This document shows positions 60,240-64,000 of a stretch of DNA of 64,000 nucleotides, piece after piece. The DNA is taken from the NCBI GenBank assembly GCA_963782525.1, contig CAWAKC010000001.1, positions 256,001 to 320,000 on the forward strand, given 5' to 3'. Position 1 is the first letter of the stretch. Each line of letters opens with the position of its first letter. Under the pieces are notes generated by a model that was not told the origin of the DNA, did not search any database, and saw nothing but the letters and a program-made list of their open reading frames with translations. The position numbers and the translations under genes are program-made. Source of the stretch: Candidatus Bathyarchaeota archaeon. GTDB taxonomy: Archaea > Thermoproteota > Bathyarchaeia > Bathyarchaeales > Bathycorpusculaceae.

Positions 60240-60612
60240 GTTTTTCTTTTTCTTCTTGAAAGTGATTGCGGTATGCAATAAAGAGCTTACGGTTACAGCT
60301 CTGCGTCGCAACAAATGAATCCAACAAAACACAATCTTTCATAAAACCGAGGCCTCCACAACCAATTCACTTTCAACATACTCCCACATTACACCCACAC
60401 AGCCCAACATACAATCCATGATAGCAGTGTGGACCAATCCATCTCTCCACACTCAAACCACAAAAGAAAAACAACCCAAACCAAAAAAGCAAACAAACCC
60501 AAACCCCTAAGTGTAGTGTGCAATTATTAGCGCCCACACCCACACAAAACAAAAAGTCAATGGCAAATAAATATTAAAGCAACCTAACCTATTTCACACT
60601 ACGCAATCTTGT

Positions 60613-60700
60613 GCAGGGGTCTCCAAGCCAGGTCAACGGAGTAGGGCTTAGGACCCTATCGCGTAGGCGTTCGTGGGTTCGAATCCCACCCCCTGCACCA
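60613..60700 (+). tRNA. tRNA-Leu(TAG)
   Basis: GCAGGGG/CCCCTGC acceptor plus ACCA; TAGGG-CTTAGGA-CCCTA anticodon arm; long variable arm; GGTTCGAATCC. Confidence 0.97.
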
Positions 60701-60950
60701 TATATATAAATAAACTCTAGGGGTTCCCCTAGCGAAACTTTAGTTTTCTTTAGTGGCCTATCTCGACTGTGCCTTTGCCTTCGACAATGAAAAAAAGACA
60801 TCAAAACAAGACAACACTCACTATTTCTATTTTAAAGTAATGATTTGCGATTGTTTTTATGCAAAGATAACTTGATGTCGACTTTGGAATTTATTTGCAC
60901 TCACGATAGGTGAGGACATATTAAATACGTCTCAATATGATAGGAACCTT

Positions 60951-60989
60951 TGTTGGCAAATAACCTTCTGATAGATTATTTGTCAAACA
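60951..60989 (+). promoter_or_regulatory. Imperfect inverted repeat in the leader of the beta-propeller gene
   Basis: TGTTGGCAAATAA-N12-TTATTTGTCAAACA between a TATA-like ATATTAAATA (~60918) and the AGGAG ribosome-binding site. Confidence 0.4.
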
Positions 60990-61008
60990 GAATAGGAGAA
61001 AAAGAAAA

Positions 61009-63777
61009 ATGAATTTTTATAATAAAAAAATTAAGCTTTTTGCATTGATTCTCATACTGTCTATTGCTTTATCAGCGCTTTGTGCTTCTTTGCCAAACGC
61101 TAATGCGCATACACCGCCATGGAACGTTCCAACCTCAGCTTACGTTACTTGTGCGCCAGATCCCATTGGGGTTGGTCAACCAACCACTATCGTGGTATGG
61201 GTTGACAGATACTCACCCTTTGCAGGTGGCGGCGTAGGTCAACGTTGGGATGGCTTTACAATAAACATTACATCGCCTAGTGGAAAAACACAGATAATCG
61301 GTCCGTTCGAATCTTCAAGCGACGTCGGCAGCGACTGGAAATCGTTTACCCCTGATGAGGTTGGCACATACACCATCGTTTTCAGTTGGCCAGGAGAAAC
61401 AGCTAAACCCACAGCTGCCCTCCAAAACACTGGCTCCGCAACATTTGACATAAATAACAACGGCGATTTCTACCAAGGCTCGACAAGCGAACCCTACAAA
61501 CTAACCGTTCAAACAGACTCCGTTCCAACATGGCCAGAATCACCTATCCCCACAGATTATTGGACTAGACCGATAAGCGGTGCGAACAGAGATTGGTCAT
61601 CGCTCCCCAGTAACTGGCTTTTGGGTTCATGGCTATACCAGAACGTCCAACCAGCCGGCACCGGACCGAAATCCCCGCATATCCTCTGGTCGAACCCCAT
61701 TATCCCAGGCTATCCAGGAGGGCTCGTTGACGCACAATGGCCAGACATACCAGTAGATGCCAACGACTATGAGGGTCCATGGTCATCGCCGATAATCATG
61801 GAAGGAAAAATCTACTACAACTCTCCAGCCGTAGCAGACAGCAATCAATATGGGTACTACTGCCTCGACCTCCAAAATGGACAACAAATCTGGTATAAGA
61901 ACGGCACCGATAACGGACTCAACAACCCAGTAACATCCATAACAGGATCTTTTGGCGGTATTCTTCCCAGTCTCTCTCAACAATATCTCAGACTGACGAA
62001 CGGCCAACTATACTACTATTACTCAGTCAACGGACAGGGAGTGCTCGCTTATCTTTGGATACAATCAGGCACCACATGGTACATGCTTGACGCGACCACC
62101 GGAAACTTGATACTGACATTGATAAACGTGCCAGGCGGTACAGCCGCAACGGACGAAAACGGAGACTTGCTAAAGTACAGCTATAACGCGAATACAGGAA
62201 CGATTCTCTGCTGGAACTCCAGCCAAGCCATTTACCCCGGCGGAGTCACGGGGACAGGACAGCAACAATGGAAGCCTCGTATTGGCGGAGTAATCGACGC
62301 AGTTAATGACATCTCATGGCTCAACGGAACGTGGTCTGCAAGCCTGGGACAAACAATCAACCAGGCACTGTCTAAGCCGCACTCTGGATATACGATGAAC
62401 GTAACGGACGCCTCGCTGAAGAATTTGCCGGGAAACTTGGTTGGTGTTGTCGCTGACAATCGAGTGCCAAAGATACTGTTCGGTACTAACTTCCCTATAA
62501 CCGTTAACACTGGTTCAAGCGTCGGTTTAGACTATTTCCAAGCGTGGGCAGTAAAGATAAATGACCACGCGACAGACTACAGCCCTAATCCTGGCTACCC
62601 AAGCAACCTACAGAACAATCTTGGATTCACGACAACTTTGCTGTTCTCAAGAAATATACCAGTTCCAATTGCTGGCAAGAATTATACTTGGAGCATGACT
62701 GGATATAGCTACAGCGATGATGTCTTCTGCATAACTTGCAAGCAAACAGGCCAAATATGGGCCTTCAGCTTAACAACAGGAGAACAAGTCTGGGGACCAA
62801 CAACGACGCTGCCAGGTGGACCTATGGCATTCTACGGAGTTAGCACCAACTTCTATGACGGCAAGTGCATCGTAAACTCGGGCTACAGCGGACAAATAGC
62901 TGCTTACAATGCAAAGACCGGCGAGTCACTTTGGACATACAACTCCACTGCCGACGCACCCTACGAAGGCTACTACGGACCCAACATGCCGCTTAGCATA
63001 GGCGCAATATGCGATGGAATGATCTACACATACTCCAATGAACACTCACCAACAAAGCCACTGTGGCGCGACTCTTACCTGCGATGCATCAACGCAACAG
63101 ACGGAACAGAAATGTGGAAGCTACTCGACTTCAACCAGGGCTTAGGACTTGCAGACGGCAACATCGTAACATGCGACGAGTACACCAACAACATATATTG
63201 CATCGGTAAAGGACCAAGCGGACTTACCATAGATGCACCGAAAGGTGGCGTAACACAGGGAAACAGCTTTACAATTACGGGTATAGTCACCGACCAATCA
63301 CCAGGTGCAGTAGCATACGCAAAGAAATTCGGCCTCGTGAATGGATTGCCAGCGGTTTCAGATGATAGCCAACAGGCTTTCATGCAACAAATCTACCAGC
63401 AACAGGTAAAGCCCACTGATGTAAAGGGCGTTCCAGTAACGATCGATGCACTTGACCCCAACGGCAACATAATCAACCTCGGTACAGCTACTAGCAACGC
63501 CAACGGCTTCTATAGTTTCCAAGTTAATCCAGGCATGCTTACAGCGGGTGCAGGAACATACCAGGTCATCGCAACCTTCGCAGGCTCTAACTCTTACGGT
63601 TCATCAAATGCAGAATCTGCTTTCACACTCAATTCCGAAGCAACAGTCTTACCAACCGCTATACCTCAAACAAACCTAGCAACAACAGCAGACATAATGA
63701 CGTACATAGTTGCTGCAGCAATCGCAATAATCATCGCAATAGCCATAGTCGGAGCGCTTATACTCAGAAAGCGATAA
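61009..63777 (+). CDS. Large secreted PQQ-like beta-propeller surface protein with C-terminal TM anchor
   Basis: Signal peptide; P.PIGVGQ; repeated CLDLQNGQQIW / AFSLTTGEQVW / AYNAKTGESLW / CINATDGTEMW blade motifs; C-terminal TM then RKR. Confidence 0.85.
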   Translation: MNFYNKKIKLFALILILSIALSALCASLPNANAHTPPWNVPTSAYVTCAPDPIGVGQPTTIVVWVDRYSPFAGGGVGQRWDGFTINITSPSGKTQIIGPFESSSDVGSDWKSFTPDEVGTYTIVFSWPGETAKPTAALQNTGSATFDINNNGDFYQGSTSEPYKLTVQTDSVPTWPESPIPTDYWTRPISGANRDWSSLPSNWLLGSWLYQNVQPAGTGPKSPHILWSNPIIPGYPGGLVDAQWPDIPVDANDYEGPWSSPIIMEGKIYYNSPAVADSNQYGYYCLDLQNGQQIWYKNGTDNGLNNPVTSITGSFGGILPSLSQQYLRLTNGQLYYYYSVNGQGVLAYLWIQSGTTWYMLDATTGNLILTLINVPGGTAATDENGDLLKYSYNANTGTILCWNSSQAIYPGGVTGTGQQQWKPRIGGVIDAVNDISWLNGTWSASLGQTINQALSKPHSGYTMNVTDASLKNLPGNLVGVVADNRVPKILFGTNFPITVNTGSSVGLDYFQAWAVKINDHATDYSPNPGYPSNLQNNLGFTTTLLFSRNIPVPIAGKNYTWSMTGYSYSDDVFCITCKQTGQIWAFSLTTGEQVWGPTTTLPGGPMAFYGVSTNFYDGKCIVNSGYSGQIAAYNAKTGESLWTYNSTADAPYEGYYGPNMPLSIGAICDGMIYTYSNEHSPTKPLWRDSYLRCINATDGTEMWKLLDFNQGLGLADGNIVTCDEYTNNIYCIGKGPSGLTIDAPKGGVTQGNSFTITGIVTDQSPGAVAYAKKFGLVNGLPAVSDDSQQAFMQQIYQQQVKPTDVKGVPVTIDALDPNGNIINLGTATSNANGFYSFQVNPGMLTAGAGTYQVIATFAGSNSYGSSNAESAFTLNSEATVLPTAIPQTNLATTADIMTYIVAAAIAIIIAIAIVGALILRKR

Positions 63778-64000
63778 TAAAAGCTAATTAACCAAAATCA
63801 ACCCCCTTTTTTAGTTTTAAATCAACAGAAAAGGTATTTGGATCGCGAACTCTGATAAATGTTCACTTAGAATTTTCAACTTCGTTCTCCTTCAGTGTTT
63901 CCAGAGCCTCAGTGTGAACCTTGTATTTAGGCTTCTGTAAGAAAAGCAACTGCATTAACTTCACGAAGGATAGCCATGGCGCCAATTAAATTGGATCGTT

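Noticed and set aside
60717-60732. CTAGGGG-TT-CCCCTAG hairpin after tRNA-Leu
   Set aside because: Short single dyad, probably a terminator or processing signal; no evidence for an att site
60589-60804. 71-aa minus-strand ORF containing GAGGGIRTHE
   Set aside because: Antisense translation of tRNA-Leu
63863-64000. Possible 3' end of a minus-strand gene at the window edge
   Set aside because: All three frames hit a stop within about 75 nt of the edge; the frame cannot be assigned

Overview
Archaeal chromosomal window. Gene content and style (archaeal ThrRS, KEOPS, Fen1, Cdc48, proteasome beta, TFE-beta/RPC34, form III RuBisCO, PQQ-type beta-propeller surface protein, many TTG starts) suggest Bathyarchaeia; this assignment is inference. 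1-33 kb is mostly housekeeping: rtcA, trm5, glmS, fen, pcc1-DHH-rps15, rdgB-bud32-kae1, rlmE, nadC, psmB, ogt, nadM, truD, pth2, GGR, cdc48, EF-1beta, aminotransferases, thrS. 34-64 kb holds a fluoride riboswitch with crcB-DUF190, a redox cluster (rubredoxin-pyruvate oxidase divergent from trxB, a tandem ferredoxin-MvhD protein and NfnAB/SudBA), a complete AMP phosphorylase/R15P isomerase/RuBisCO cluster next to a GH3-family ligase, a protein O-mannosylation-like operon beside a Thr-rich surface protein, a decayed AT-rich island with a TIR-Zn-ribbon gene at the 3' end of tRNA-Thr, tRNA-Leu and a large beta-propeller protein. Best leads: (1) an HTH plus S-layer-like-domain regulator divergent from glmS with two matching ACTA-N15-TAGT sites; (2) the (Fd-MvhD)x2-NfnAB operon, where nfnA has ACG at the expected start; (3) three apparent non-canonical starts (ACG, ATA, CTG); (4) an in-frame TGA at a zinc-ligand Cys position in the TIR protein; (5) the O-mannosylation locus; (6) GH3 beside AMP salvage. 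Caveat: several single-base indels, two of them in kae1, point to consensus errors, so every single-base anomaly needs checking against reads.
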